Source: Thecamonas trahens ATCC 50062
Lineage: Eukaryota; Protista; Apusomonadida
Direction: 5' to 3'
NCBI RefSeq assembly: GCF_000142905.1
Contig: NW_013657664.1
Span: 1 to 64,000 of the forward strand
Length of the DNA: 64,000 nt
Shown: piece after piece, positions 20,880 through 32,474 of the stretch
How the letters are laid out: each line of letters opens with the position of its first letter
How positions within the stretch are numbered: position 1 is the first letter of the stretch
Position numbers and translations under genes: made by a program
Notes under the pieces: generated by a model
Told to the model about the DNA's origin: nothing
The model's input: the letters and a program-made list of their open reading frames with translations, nothing else
Databases searched by the model: none

Positions 20880-23101
20880 CACACATACATACACACACGC
20901 GCGCGCGTGCGCCCTCTCCCTTGGTGAGTCCATTGCCTCCAACTCGTCCATCCAATCTCAGCGGCGTACGTTCCCTCAGTGGTAGTGATGAACAAATAAG
21001 CATCATCGACAAATGCCTCAAGAAAAGGTATCGTCATCGGGAACACGGCCAGACCGCTCACTCTACTCACTCCAACTCTCCATCCTAAACGTACCTGAAG
21101 CCTGCGCTTCTCCAGATTCTGCTGCATGCCGACCTGGAAGAGCCGGTCAAAGACCTTGACGTCGCGGGCCATCTTGCGCGAGCGGGCATTGATGGCCGGC
21201 TGAAAGGTGGCAGCGTCCGACTCGTCGTCCGAGCCGGCGTCGGGGGCGGCGGCAGCGCGGGCCTCGTTGTAGCGGGCGCGCGAGTACGCAAGCCGGTTGC
21301 ACACCTCGGCCGTCGACCGGTACTGGTTGGGGTCGACCAGTGCCCGCGACTTGTTGTTGATCCGCGGTGAGTACGAAAAGTCCGGCTCGGCCACCTGCTT
21401 CTTGCCGTAGTACGGCCGCGGCTCGTACCCCAGCTCGCGCACCGGGTCCTTGGTCTTGGGCGCCGCAGGCACACGTCGCTTGCTCTTGATCTGCGGCGAA
21501 AAGAAGCACTCCTCCAGCTCGCGCTCGGCCTTTTGCCGCGACGCGTTGAACTTGAGCGAGGCAAGCTTCTCCTCGCGCTTGCGCGCCTCCACCATCAGCC
21601 GCTTGAAGACCCATTGCTTGTTGTTGAGCGCCGTCACGTTGTTCTCCACAGGCAGCACGTGCCGCTCCTCACCGCACGAGCACGGCTTGTCCCACTCGCA
21701 CAGGCAATACGTCCATGCATTCCGCAGCTCCATCGCACCCGTGTCCGGGTTCTCCATCAAGAACTGCCGCAGCCGCGGCGGCCGGTTTGTTTTGGCGTCC
21801 GCCTCCTTCGCCGCGCTGATCTTTGACTTGAGCTCGTTCTTGCGCGCCCGCCGGTGCTTCTCGTACCCGCGGAGCCGCGACCCAAACGACGACTCCCAGT
21901 CGCGCAGCGTCCGCGGCTTGGCCGACTCGTACTTGTCCACCCACTTGTACCCGGCCTCCTCTAGCAGCCGCTTGCGCTTCTCTTGGTGCTCCCGCAGCTG
22001 CCGCTGCTCGGCCAGCGCTGCTTTGCGCGCGCGCGCACGTTGCCGCTGCTTCGTCCGCGCCTGCCGCTCACGCATCCGCCGAAGGTGGTTCGTCTCCCAC
22101 TCCTTGAGCGAGAATCCTTTGCGCTGCTTTGGCTTGGCCGCCTGCACCTCGTCAGACGTCAACGGGTTGTACCCGAGCTCAGACTCGTCCTCGTTGAAAA
22201 AGACCTCCGACTCTTCAAACGACGTCGCAGAGTCGCCGATCCCCATCTCAGACTCGAGTGGAAAGTAGTACGACGACCCGTCGTCGCCGCCGTGTCCATC
22301 ACCGCCGATCAGGCCCTGGATCGACTTGGTCAGATCCTGGATCATCGAGTCGGCCAGTCCGGCGTCTGCGTACCCTTGGCCCATCAGAATGTCCTTGTTG
22401 AGCGCCTCGTGCACCCGCGCCATCACCTCCTCCACCTTGGCGTTTGTCGTCACGTACTCGGCCTCCGACGCAGACTCCCACGTCGCGTACCCGCCGCCAA
22501 CTCCGCTGGCGCCCGCGGCCCGGCTGGAGCCGCCGCCGCCGCCGCCACCGCCACCCATCTGCCCGACTTCAAACGGCTCGTCCTGCACTGAGTAGTCGTT
22601 CTCCGAGAGAAGAGCAGAGCCCGAGCCCGAAGACAGCCGGAACGCGTCCGTCGCCATCAAGTCCATCGACAGGTTGGTCGTTCGCGTCTCCTCCAGCGCC
22701 CGGTTTGCCCCAGGCTCGGGGCTCGTCATAGCTGCCTCTGCATACGCCTCGTCGTCGTCTTCGTCGTCGTCCGAGTCCAGGTCGGCCGCCTCCACCTTTG
22801 CCGGCTCCGGCACCGCAGCGGCTTCGACCTCGGGTTCAACCACAGGCTCGGCCTCGTCGGCATCAACATCTGCGTCGGCATCAACATCCGCGTCGGCATC
22901 AACATCCGCGTCGGCGTCCGCATCGGCGTCGGCGTCAGCGTCAGCATCGGCGTCGGCATCGACATCGGCATCGGCATCGGCGTCGGCGTCAGCGTCGGCG
23001 TCGGCATCAGCGTCGACGCCGACAAACTCCTCGACCTCATCCTTGCCCTTGTCTGCCTCACCCAGGCCCGGCTCCATTGCTGCTTGTCCGTCGTCGGCCA
23101 T
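20481..23101 (-). CDS. Uncharacterised protein with an acidic (DA)n N-terminus and repeated F.P.IN motifs; exons 23101-21095 and 20834-20481
   Basis: Long ORF; the GTACGT..TTAG intron 20835-21094 (containing (TG)n) joins it in frame to the 20481 ORF. Confidence 0.7.
22856..23016 (-). repeat. Coding (Asp-Ala)n hexamer repeat
   Basis: GAYGCN tandem array inside the CDS. Confidence 0.85.
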
Positions 23102-24068
23102 TGTCAGAAGAAACTGCAATTCACAAAAACTCTAGCAAGTGAGTATGTGCCAAGACAATGGGACGTTCGCCCGCCCGCCACGGTTCGCCAGCCCGCCACG
23201 GTTCGCCCGCCCGTCACTCGCCGCCATCGTGTCATTTGCCCTCGCCAACGATTATTCGTTGAAAAAAACTGAAGCCAACGGCTGGCCACAGCTCGCAGCA
23301 CTAGGGGGGTAGGCAGGGGGGCTAGGGGGCTATACATTGGTGTAGGAATTGAGAACAGAGAAAGAGGGTATGGCCCGGCTCGTGGAGAACCAGTATGCGT
23401 GGGTACGGGGGTGCAGGATGAAAGTATGCCTCTTCCTGCAGCTCCCCCCACCCACCCACACACCCACAAATACACGTCGCGATCATCGCCGCTTCACCAA
23501 GTCAACCAAGACAACCGCCGCCCCCCCCCCCTCCCCCCTCCCCCTCCCCCCTCCCCACCCCTTCCCCTCCCCTCCTCCTCCCCCTCCCCCCTACCCTCGT
23601 CCAACCACCCGCAACTAAAAAACATTTCAGTCCAAATACACACAAACAACGTCACTACGGTACGTACTTCTGTGGCCGAGCGAGGTGTCGTCCCCCGCGG
23701 TCAGCCTCGCCCCGCAAAGCTGCCGGCTGCCGGCTGCCGGCTGCCGCTCGGTGGCTCGTTGGCTGCCGCATGCAACAACAGCCTCTGCGCTCCGGCCAGT
23801 CCAGCCACAAACAAGCCTAGCAGCTCATTTGGACACAGCGTTGGGCTGGTCAACGCAGCACCTCTAACCCTGCGACACAGCTTCACACCTTGGTTGGTAA
23901 GCGCAACAGGGATGAAATATCAACGCGATGGGACACAAGGTGCCCACCACCTTGTCAAGTGATGGCCTGCCCCCGGTCAGGGGCACTTGCACCGACGACG
24001 ACAACAATGACGACGACGACGACGTCGACACCTGGGGCTCGGCCATACCCGACTCTGAGCGACCAAGG

Positions 24069-25148
24069 ATGTACAGTGGCAGCAAAGACACAGGGAAGAC
24101 AAGCATTGACCTTCGGTCGGATACAGTGACCCGGCCAAGTGCAGCAATGCGTGAGGCCATGGCAGCGGCGGTTGTCGGCGACGATGTGTGGGGCGACGAC
24201 CCAACGGTGGTGGAGCTCGAGTCGATGGCAAGCGATGTGCTGGGCAAGGAGGCTGCGCTGTACTTTCCCTCGGGCACCATGGCCAACTTGACGGCTGTTA
24301 TGGTTCATTGCAAGGAGCGGATGTCCGAAATCATCATGGGCGACGAGTGCCATGTCCACATCTACGAGAACGGCGGCTATGCGGCTGTCGCCAACACGCC
24401 CATCAGGATCGTGCCCACCTCGGACGATGGCACTCTGCCGCTGGATGCTATCGAAGCCCTCGTCCGCCCGGTCAACGATCACTTTCCCACCTCGCGCTTG
24501 CTGCTGCTGGAGAACACCCACAACCGCAAAGGCGGTCGTGTCCTGCCCAAGCAGTACATGGACGACGCCTGCGTCCTCGCCTCCAAGCACAACCTCAAGG
24601 TCCATCTCGACGGCGCCCGCCTCGCCAACGCCGCTGTCGCGCTCGGCACAACCATCGCAGATCTGGCTGCTCCCGTCGACTCGGTCTCGCTCTGCCTCTC
24701 CAAGGGCCTTGGCGCCCCGGTCGGCTCTGTTCTCGCCGGCTCGGTCGAGTTTATCGCCACCGCACGCCGGGTCCGCAAGATGCTTGGCGGTGGGATGCGC
24801 CAGGTCGGTGTCCTTGCTGCCGCTGGCCTCCTCGCTCTCGACAATGTCGATCGCCTCCAGGACGACCACGCCAACGCTGCCGTTCTCGCCGCCGGCCTCG
24901 ACAAGCTCCCGGGCATCGACGTCGACGTAGTCGAGACCAACATCGTGTTCTTCACCCTCGACGCTGCCGCCTTTGGCGCCACTGCAGAGGCCATCGTCGA
25001 TACACTCCGCGACGACTACGGCATCCTCATTGCAGGCGGCGGGTCCCGAGTTCGGCTCGTCACCCACCTCGACGTCTCGGCCGACGACGTGGCCAAGGTC
25101 ATCGACGCCTTTGGTGCCGTCCACGCCGCAGCGCACGCCAGCGTCTGA
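24069..25148 (+). CDS. GLY1: Low-specificity L-threonine aldolase (GLY1/LtaE)
   Basis: IDLRSDTVTRP, VGDDVWGDDPTV, PSGTMANL, LENTHN, HLDGARLANA, CLSKGLGAPVGS (PLP lysine), RKMLGGGMRQVG. Confidence 0.95.
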   Translation: MYSGSKDTGKTSIDLRSDTVTRPSAAMREAMAAAVVGDDVWGDDPTVVELESMASDVLGKEAALYFPSGTMANLTAVMVHCKERMSEIIMGDECHVHIYENGGYAAVANTPIRIVPTSDDGTLPLDAIEALVRPVNDHFPTSRLLLLENTHNRKGGRVLPKQYMDDACVLASKHNLKVHLDGARLANAAVALGTTIADLAAPVDSVSLCLSKGLGAPVGSVLAGSVEFIATARRVRKMLGGGMRQVGVLAAAGLLALDNVDRLQDDHANAAVLAAGLDKLPGIDVDVVETNIVFFTLDAAAFGATAEAIVDTLRDDYGILIAGGGSRVRLVTHLDVSADDVAKVIDAFGAVHAAAHASV

Positions 25149-25155
25149 CCTCCGC

Positions 25156-26499
25156 TCACACCACATGAAAGTAGTCGACGCCATCCACGTAGCCACTCGC
25201 CGCCAGAGCTGCCTCAAACGTGCCCTGAGTCCGGTCAAGTGCCACCGCAGCTACAAACGGCGGGCGGAGGTCAGCAACCGCCACAATCGGGATCTCGCGG
25301 CGGAGCTGCCGCTTCATCTTGATACAGACCGTGATGGGTCCGTCGTCATCGACGCCGCTTCCATCGCCATTGGACCTCTGCCCGTGCGCAGCTTGCCCGT
25401 CGAGCGCCCGCGGCTTCTTGCTCGGCAGAGGATTGCCTGCAGCCGCCGCCGCCGCCGCGGCCTTGCGCGCAGCCTTGCGCGCTTTGCGCGCCGAGCTCAT
25501 CTTGTGCGCCGGAACCACGACGGGGACGAGGACCGTGTCGGGATACGTGCCTACGCTGAGCTTGGCCGGATCGATGTCGGCAAAGCAAGTGACTCTAGCC
25601 TTGGCCTCGTCGCTCAGCGCGCGGAAAAAGGCCTTGGCGTCCTTGCCCGCACCCCAGATGGCAAACGCAGCCCACGGCTGGGCCGGGAGCGTGGCCGGGC
25701 GCGCCGCTCCCGCCTCACCCCCGATGCCCAGGACTTGCTGCTCAAAGGCCTCGACACGGATCTTCCTCAGCAGTGCCTGCGGCACCTTCCATGACAGCGA
25801 TCCGGCCGAGTAGGTGTACACGAGGGCGACAGCGTCGAGGCGAGCAAGGACGCCACCACGGCACACCCACGTGAGCAGAAACTTAAAGTCTTCCGCGAGC
25901 CCCGCAGCCTCGTACCCACCAATCCAGGCAAACGAGGCCCGTGGAAGGAACCACGTCGGCTGAATGAGGGTGCACTCGCGGAACCGATGCGTGACGAGCT
26001 GGTCCTGGCTGAGTGAGTTGGCCCACGCTGCGTACCGCGGGGTCGATCCCGGCGGGTCACGCACAAACCGCGAGCCCACAAGAACATGGTCGCACCCACT
26101 CTCGGCTCTTTTGGCAAAGTACGTCTCCAGCGAGCCGGCGATCCGGCAAGGGAGCATGACATCGTCAGAGTCAAGCCAGCAGAGAAAGTCGCCCGAGGCC
26201 AGCGCGGCCACCGCATTTCGCGCCGCACCGATCGACGGCGCGCCATCATCACTCTGGCTCCGCGAGCCGATGACTACCGATATCCCTTGCGGAGCATTGC
26301 TAGCATACTCGGCAATGATGCCAAGTGTCACGCCATCATCATCAGAGCCATCATCATACAGACACACCTCGAGAGGACGGTGGCTCGACTCGGCTATGGA
26401 TGCGAGGCACGGCTTGAGAAGCTCGCCCGTGTTCTTGCACGGGATTAGGACGCTCACAAGCACGCCATGCATACTGCTCCCTCCCTCCCCCTTAGACAT
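25156..26499 (-). CDS. B3GNTL1: GT2 glycosyltransferase, B3GNTL1/QTGAL (queuosine-tRNA galactosyltransferase)-like
   Basis: YDDGSDD, FLCWLDSDDVMLPCRI, GSRFVRDPPGSTPRYAAWAN, TLIQPTWF, AEDFKF, FAIWGAGKDAKAFFRAL, FADID, G..DGVDYFH. Confidence 0.85.
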   Translation of the reverse strand: MSKGEGGSSMHGVLVSVLIPCKNTGELLKPCLASIAESSHRPLEVCLYDDGSDDDGVTLGIIAEYASNAPQGISVVIGSRSQSDDGAPSIGAARNAVAALASGDFLCWLDSDDVMLPCRIAGSLETYFAKRAESGCDHVLVGSRFVRDPPGSTPRYAAWANSLSQDQLVTHRFRECTLIQPTWFLPRASFAWIGGYEAAGLAEDFKFLLTWVCRGGVLARLDAVALVYTYSAGSLSWKVPQALLRKIRVEAFEQQVLGIGGEAGAARPATLPAQPWAAFAIWGAGKDAKAFFRALSDEAKARVTCFADIDPAKLSVGTYPDTVLVPVVVPAHKMSSARKARKAARKAAAAAAAAGNPLPSKKPRALDGQAAHGQRSNGDGSGVDDDGPITVCIKMKRQLRREIPIVAVADLRPPFVAAVALDRTQGTFEAALAASGYVDGVDYFHVV

Positions 26500-27018
26500 G
26501 GCCGCTTATCCCTCTGCTCTGCACCTAGCCGACCTTGTCGCGTCGACTGTGTCGAGTGGGTGCCTCTCTCGCCAATGCCGACGCAAACACGTCGGCATGC
26601 CGACCTCCGCCGACGAGCCCTTCCCGCACATATCCAAACCCACAGACGGGATCCTGTAAAGCATCGCGCAAGCAAGAGCTTTGCGTATTGTACGCTGTGC
26701 CGATCGATCTCACAATCGGCCGAACCAGCTCCCGAGTGGAGTCAACTCATGCATGATCGGCCCGTCTATCGGGGAGCGACTCTGACCAGCGATGCATGGT
26801 CCACAGACTACCCCGCCTCGCCTTTACTATTGCCTCGAAAGCATCCCTCAACAGTCTCATCATGCAGCTCGCCAACACTGATATCGGCCAGTCGGTCGCG
26901 CGGCCGAGTGGCGCATACCGTCGGCCGTCGGCCGTCGCTCCCCCTCCCCCCCCACCCCCGACCCCTTTTCAACCTCACTCTGGCACAACACTCGACTCTG
27001 TTGGGGAAAAAAGCAGAC

Positions 27019-27396
27019 ATGAGCTCTGAAGAGGTTGTTGTGGAGGAGCCTGTGCTGTCTGAGGACCTGAAGAGGCTGCTGACAAGGAAGCAGGAGCTCG
27101 AGTCGGAGCTGGTCAACGTGGAGCGGAGGATCTATCGACTGGAGGAGAACTACCTCCAGGATACGGCGGCTCTGGGCAACATCGTCAAGGGATGGGCCGG
27201 GTACTTGTCGTCAAGGTCGTTGGATCAGATCAAGCAAGTCACTCGCAAAGTCAAGGACTCGGAGCGTCTCTTTACCTTTTCGTCCACGTCGGGTCTGGCA
27301 AACAACTCGGCAGAGCCAGACGACTATGATGACGAGCCGCGCCGGAAGCGCAGAAAGCACAAACGGAAGTCTGCAGCTAACGGGGACTGGAACTGA
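27019..27396 (+). CDS. EAF6: NuA4 histone acetyltransferase subunit Eaf6
   Basis: LKRLLTRKQELESELVNVERRIYRLEENYLQDTAALGNIVKGWAGYL...ERLFTFSS. Confidence 0.92.
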   Translation: MSSEEVVVEEPVLSEDLKRLLTRKQELESELVNVERRIYRLEENYLQDTAALGNIVKGWAGYLSSRSLDQIKQVTRKVKDSERLFTFSSTSGLANNSAEPDDYDDEPRRKRRKHKRKSAANGDWN

Positions 27397-27981
27397 TCGT
27401 CATCTCTGTCCTCAACCCGTGGAGCGAGCGAGGACTGGAGAGAGATGGGGGGGGGGGGGGGGGGCGACTTGCCGCCGCTGTTGATCGCCCTTGTGCTACT
27501 GTGCTGCTGGTCTTGGCGCCGACTCGGGCATCTACGTCGAGGTGCCTACGCCCACGCCCACACCCACGCCCACACCCACACCCAAAGTTCCAGAACGACT
27601 GCGAACTGTAACGCGTGCTGCGTCGCGGACTCGCTACTTTGGGTGAACCAGCGATGACGATCGTCGCCGCCACTCTCGCGACCAACCTACTTGCACCTGC
27701 TTCTGCTTCTGCCTTTCCCAACAAACAACCTCCCCAGCAGAAGACATTCCCGGCTAATGATCACAGACTCACTGCACCCTTAAACACCACACAACCACAC
27801 TGCTCATCCTGGCCCTATCCATCTTGCCAGCCTGTCGAGTTGCCGCGCACGCGCAGCGCCCAAACACACCACCTCCACCCGCCACCCTCTCGGACTCGGG
27901 TCAGCCTCGGGTCAGCCTCGGGCCAGCCTACGGCGACGGCCATACTTGTCGCAGTCGTGAAAGAGGGGAACGTGTGGCGGT

Positions 27982-30900
27982 ATGAGTGGAGCTGGCAATG
28001 GGTCGCGAGCAGCAGCTGTTGTACGGGAATGGCGACAGGCGCCTATCCGTGCCACCTGCTGCAGCAACGTGACGTCGGGAGTAGCTGTCCGGGCCAAGCA
28101 GTTTGGTGCCGTGATGATTCGGGACGGACAGCTTGCCATGCGGACGCCGTTGAAGACTCTGCTCAAGGTGCTGCTGCTGTCTCTGCTGGTGGTCATGCTG
28201 TACACGGTACAATCGCTCATTCTGACCTTCACCACCGATGGCATCAATCTCAAGTCGGACGTTCTTGCCGACATTCCTCGTTGTCGCTCGCTGGACGGCA
28301 CAGACTGCCACTCGATTGTGTATGCACCTGCCGATGACGTCGAGGTCAACCGCCTGGTCCGCCAGATGGCGTTCCGCAACAACCCGTCACTCTCGATGGC
28401 CCCGCCCGGTTCGCCGCCGGGCACCCCGGGCTACGACGTGCTCGGCCTGGCCGATCTGAACAACATGACCCAGTTCCTGGCAACAACCACCTCGCGGCAA
28501 TACGTGGCGGTTAACTTTTCGGTGGCACTGGCGCCGCCGCCGCCGCCGAGCAATGTCACCGCCAAGCGGGCCATGGACGTCTACGAGTACACGATCTTGT
28601 ACAACGCCTCGGGCATCGCCACAACGCTCTTTGACGCCTCGGGCTACTACGACTACTCGCTCGAGGTACAGCGGCTTCTAGAAGAGACCATAGTGGCACG
28701 GTATGCGCCACTGCCGCCCGAAGCTGGCGACCTCGCCGCCTCGGTCCGCACCCGCAGCTACACGCCATCGCCGCTCTTCACCTACTCGGTGCGGCTGATG
28801 CGGTTTCCGATACCTGTGGCGGCGCTCAACATTGCCACTGCCCAGTACGCGCCGGACTTTCTGGCCACTTACGGCCTTTCGGGCCTGGTATTCTTTGCGC
28901 AAATTGCGTTCTTCATCCTCACCGCCAACATCATCCTCAACGAGCGCGACTCGTACACCCGTGACGGGCTCAAGATCATGGGCTTGAAAGACTCGGTGTA
29001 CTTTGGCGGCATTTTCTTCAGCAACATGATCTTATGCCTGCTCGGCGCCGCCCTTGCCCTCGGAGTCGGCAAGATTGTGGGCATCCCCTACTTTGAGGCT
29101 TCAGCTGCCTTTGTGCTCCTCACCCTCTTGTGGGGCTTTCTGGCCATGGTTGCGTTTGCGCTGTTTGTGACGACGCTGGCCCGGAGCCGTGCGCTGGCCA
29201 ACGTGGTGTTCATGGTGGTCATTCTGATGGGCGGCGGATGCGCCGGCCTCTTCTCGACCTTTCTCGCCTACCACGTCTTTGCGCTCGGTCCGTTCATTGT
29301 CACTATCTGCTCGCTCTTCCCGCCGTTCAACTTTTGCAAGGCCATGGCCGACGTCACCATGGCAGTCATGTACACGTTCGACTCGGAGACCCAGTCGTAC
29401 GTCCAGTCGGGGCCGGGCTTTTCGTGGGCCAATCGCGACGATACGTTCTGGATCAGGGAACGGTTTCCGCACCTGAACGAGCTGCCGAGCCCCGCTGACT
29501 CGCTCAACGCACTCTTCTTCAACGTGGTCATCTACCTTGTTCTCGGCTTTTACCTCGACGCCGTCCGGCCAGGCAAGTCCGGCTCGGCGCGGCCGTGGTA
29601 CTTTCTCTGCACTCCGCGGTTCTACGGTTTCTACTCGGCGCCCGACGACACCACCGCCGGCTCGCACTTGCCGGCCATGAGTGACCGGCATGCGCTCTCG
29701 CTGGTGACCAAGCACATGCCGGATGATGTGGCGGCCGAGTTTATGTCGGTCCTCGTCTCGGCCTCGGCGCACACCAGCGATTCGATGCCGAGCGCGTCGG
29801 AGTCCCAGTGGGCGAGCTGCGCGTCGAGCGCTGGCGGACCCAACGCAGGCGAAGCGTACTTTGGCTCGCCCAAGGAGAGCGATAGCTTGCTTGCAGTGCC
29901 TGTGCGCGGGCATGGACGGGCGACGTACTCGTCGATAGCGCCCGTGGGCATGGGCGGCGTCTCGCCGCCGGCCGGCGCGTCGTTGGCGTCGTCCGAGGGC
30001 TCGATCAACGGCACTGCCGCGTTGTCGGAGCAGCAGGCTGAGTCGTTCGAGGACTCGTCGGCCTCGAGCGCGTCTGCGCCGTTTCTCGCCTGGCGATCCT
30101 CAGCGAGCTGGAGCGCCAGCGGCGAGAGCGACGGCGAGGGGCTCGCAGGCAGAGCTAATGTCGGAGGCGACCCTGGCGGCGAGATGGGCGGGGTGGACGG
30201 GCTGGACCCGGCGTCACGGGTGAGCGCGCTGCTGCAGAGGACGGCGGCGCAGAAGCTCTCGCTACGGCTGGTCGGCCTCACCAAGCTGTTTCACTCGCGG
30301 AGCGCGGGCCGCGACGGTGTGCTTGCGTTGGACCAGCTGACGCTCGGCGCGCGGGCAGGCGACGTGCTCTGCCTGCTCGGCCACAACGGAGCGTCCAAGA
30401 CGACGACGATCAACGTGCTGACCGGCCTACTCACGCCGACCGCCGGCGACGTGTTTGTGGACGGCTACTCTGTTGTCCACCAGATCGACAGGGTGCGCGA
30501 GCGGCTGGGGTGTGTCTGGAGCACGACCTCGGGTGGGGCGAGTTGACGGTGGCGGAGCATCTGGCGTTTTTTGCGCGAATCAAAGGCGTACGTGAGTCGG
30601 AGATCCGCGATGCGGTCGACGAGTGCCTGGGCGCGGTCAATCTCGTCGGCGACGCAAACCGGCAGGTCAAGGGCCTGTCGGGTGGGACGCGAAGGAGGCT
30701 GTCTGTGGTGGCGGCGACGCTCGGCTCGCCGTCGGTTCTTGTCTTTGACGAGCCGACCAACGGAATGGACGTCCACAACCGGCGGCTGGTGTGGGAGCTT
30801 GTGCACTCGCTGGCGCTATCGGGCCGGACCGTGGTCCTCACCACCAACGACATGGAAGAGGCGAACCAGCTGGGGACCAAGATCGCAGTCATGAGCTCGG

Positions 30901-31706
30901 GGCGGATCCGGGCCGTCGACTCGACCCAGGCACTGAAGCGCCGGTTCGGCGGCGGGTACAAGGTGACGCTGGTGCCACAGCCTCAGCCCGTCGACGAGCT
31001 GACCGGCCTCATCCCGCAGCTGCTGCCGTCGGCGCGGGTCATGGCCGGCGGCGGAAGCGGGCGAGCGATGGTGGTGTCGCTGGCGGCGGCGGCGGCGCCG
31101 GAGCTAGGCGCTTTCTTCCGGTACATGGAGCGGGTGGCAGGCGGAGCGGTGGTGGCCGACTGGGCGGTGGAAAAGACCGGGATGGAGGACGTGTTCCTGG
31201 CCATCATGGGCTCTGTCGGGCACGACGACGCGTTCTCGGGCTACGGCGCACCGTCGCGGATCGAGGCGCTCGCCCGAGACCAGCGGCAGCATGCGGTCTC
31301 GCTGGCGGTGGCGTTCGAGTCGGAGCCGGCACCGCTCGGCTCGATCCCGATCACCAGCACCACAACGCTGGCGCAGCTGCGGTCGCTCATCGGCCAGCTG
31401 CTGGACAACGCGCCGCTGGCGTATGCATTCCTCGGCCCGGGATCGGGCGTGCCGCTGACCGAGGCGCAGGAGCACGTGACGCTGGCGGTCGACATGGCGC
31501 CACTGGCGGTCATCCGCAACACCGAACTCGAGCAGCGGCGCCGCGAGGGCCAACTGTCGCTAGCGGAGGAGCTCGCCTTTGAGCGCGAGCGAGTCGGCGT
31601 CCTCTCGCAGCGCGTCACCGCCCTCCAGTCGCAGCTGGCCGAGGCCAAGGCTGCCGCAGCCGAGGCGCAAGCCGCGCAGCCGGCGAGCTCGTCCTGGTTC
31701 TGGTGA
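27982..31706 (+). CDS. ABCA-family half transporter (TMD-NBD); one-base frameshift at GGGG 30507-30510
   Basis: ABCA TMD (ILNERDSYTRDGLKIMGLKDSVYF, RPWYFL), LLGHNGASKTT, LGVCLEHD after restoring one G, LSGGTRRRLS, FDEPTNGMD, TTNDMEEA. Confidence 0.9.
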
Positions 31707-31769
31707 GCAGAGCAGCTTGCAGCCGTCTGCACACGCCTGTGCTGAGCGTTGTTATTTCGGCCCGAGGTA

Positions 31770-32276
31770 TCAGCACCCGCGGTTGAACAGCACTTCGCGC
31801 ATCTCAACAAATACATTGCGGAGGACCGGGAGGCGGGGCTTGAGCTCCGGAAAGACCAGCAGCATGTCGCGCTCGCCCTTGACAACGACAGCAAGGTAGT
31901 AGATGACCTGATGACAATCGACACCCTCGTTGAGAACAACTTCGAGTATGCGCTCCTTCTCCACAAACCGGTAGCTCTTTGCGCCGAAAACCGTTGTTGA
32001 CTCGAGCTGCATGCCCAGATCACGGAGGACTAGGATGGACTCGGAGACGACGCGAGCACGAATGACCAGGAACCGCCAGCCCAGGAGCAGAACAACAAGC
32101 AGGGCCACAGACCACGAGACCGAGTCGCTCTCCGAGACCGCAGCCGTGACGGCGACGAGCGAGGCAGCAATGCCGACCACAACCCTGTCCAAGCGTGAGA
32201 CAACCGGTGCGTCACGCGAGACCACAAACTCACGTGCATCGTGGGTGGCAGCCACAGACTCAAAGGTCAAACTCAT
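31770..32276 (-). CDS. PIGH: GPI-GlcNAc transferase subunit PIG-H
   Basis: Two TMs followed by VVSESILVLRDLGMQL, EVVLNEG, VIYYLAVVVKG, LVFPELKPRL. Confidence 0.88.
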   Translation of the reverse strand: MSLTFESVAATHDAREFVVSRDAPVVSRLDRVVVGIAASLVAVTAAVSESDSVSWSVALLVVLLLGWRFLVIRARVVSESILVLRDLGMQLESTTVFGAKSYRFVEKERILEVVLNEGVDCHQVIYYLAVVVKGERDMLLVFPELKPRLPVLRNVFVEMREVLFNRGC

Positions 32277-32354
32277 ATGGCTCGGTCCAGCTCTTTCTCC
32301 GCCTGCCCGCTAGACCAGCTCGAGAAGCACGGGGCGGCCGACGTTGAAGTCCTT

Positions 32355-32474
32355 TTACGGCGTGTATCCGTCGGGAACACGGATGGCAACGCGGTACGTG
32401 TAGTAGAGCTGAACACCAAGGAGTGTGACGCACACCAGGGAGACCAAGATGTCCACACCGCGGTCCATGAACAG
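32355..32474 (-). CDS. Putative terminal exon of a small single-TM protein (LFMDRGVDILVSLVCVTLLGVQLYYTYRVAIRVPDGYTP)
   Basis: Host-like GC3 codon usage, preceded by a CACACAG acceptor after a poly-C tract; upstream exon not resolved. Confidence 0.4.
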   Translation of the reverse strand: MFMDRGVDILVSLVCVTLLGVQLYYTYRVAIRVPDGYTP

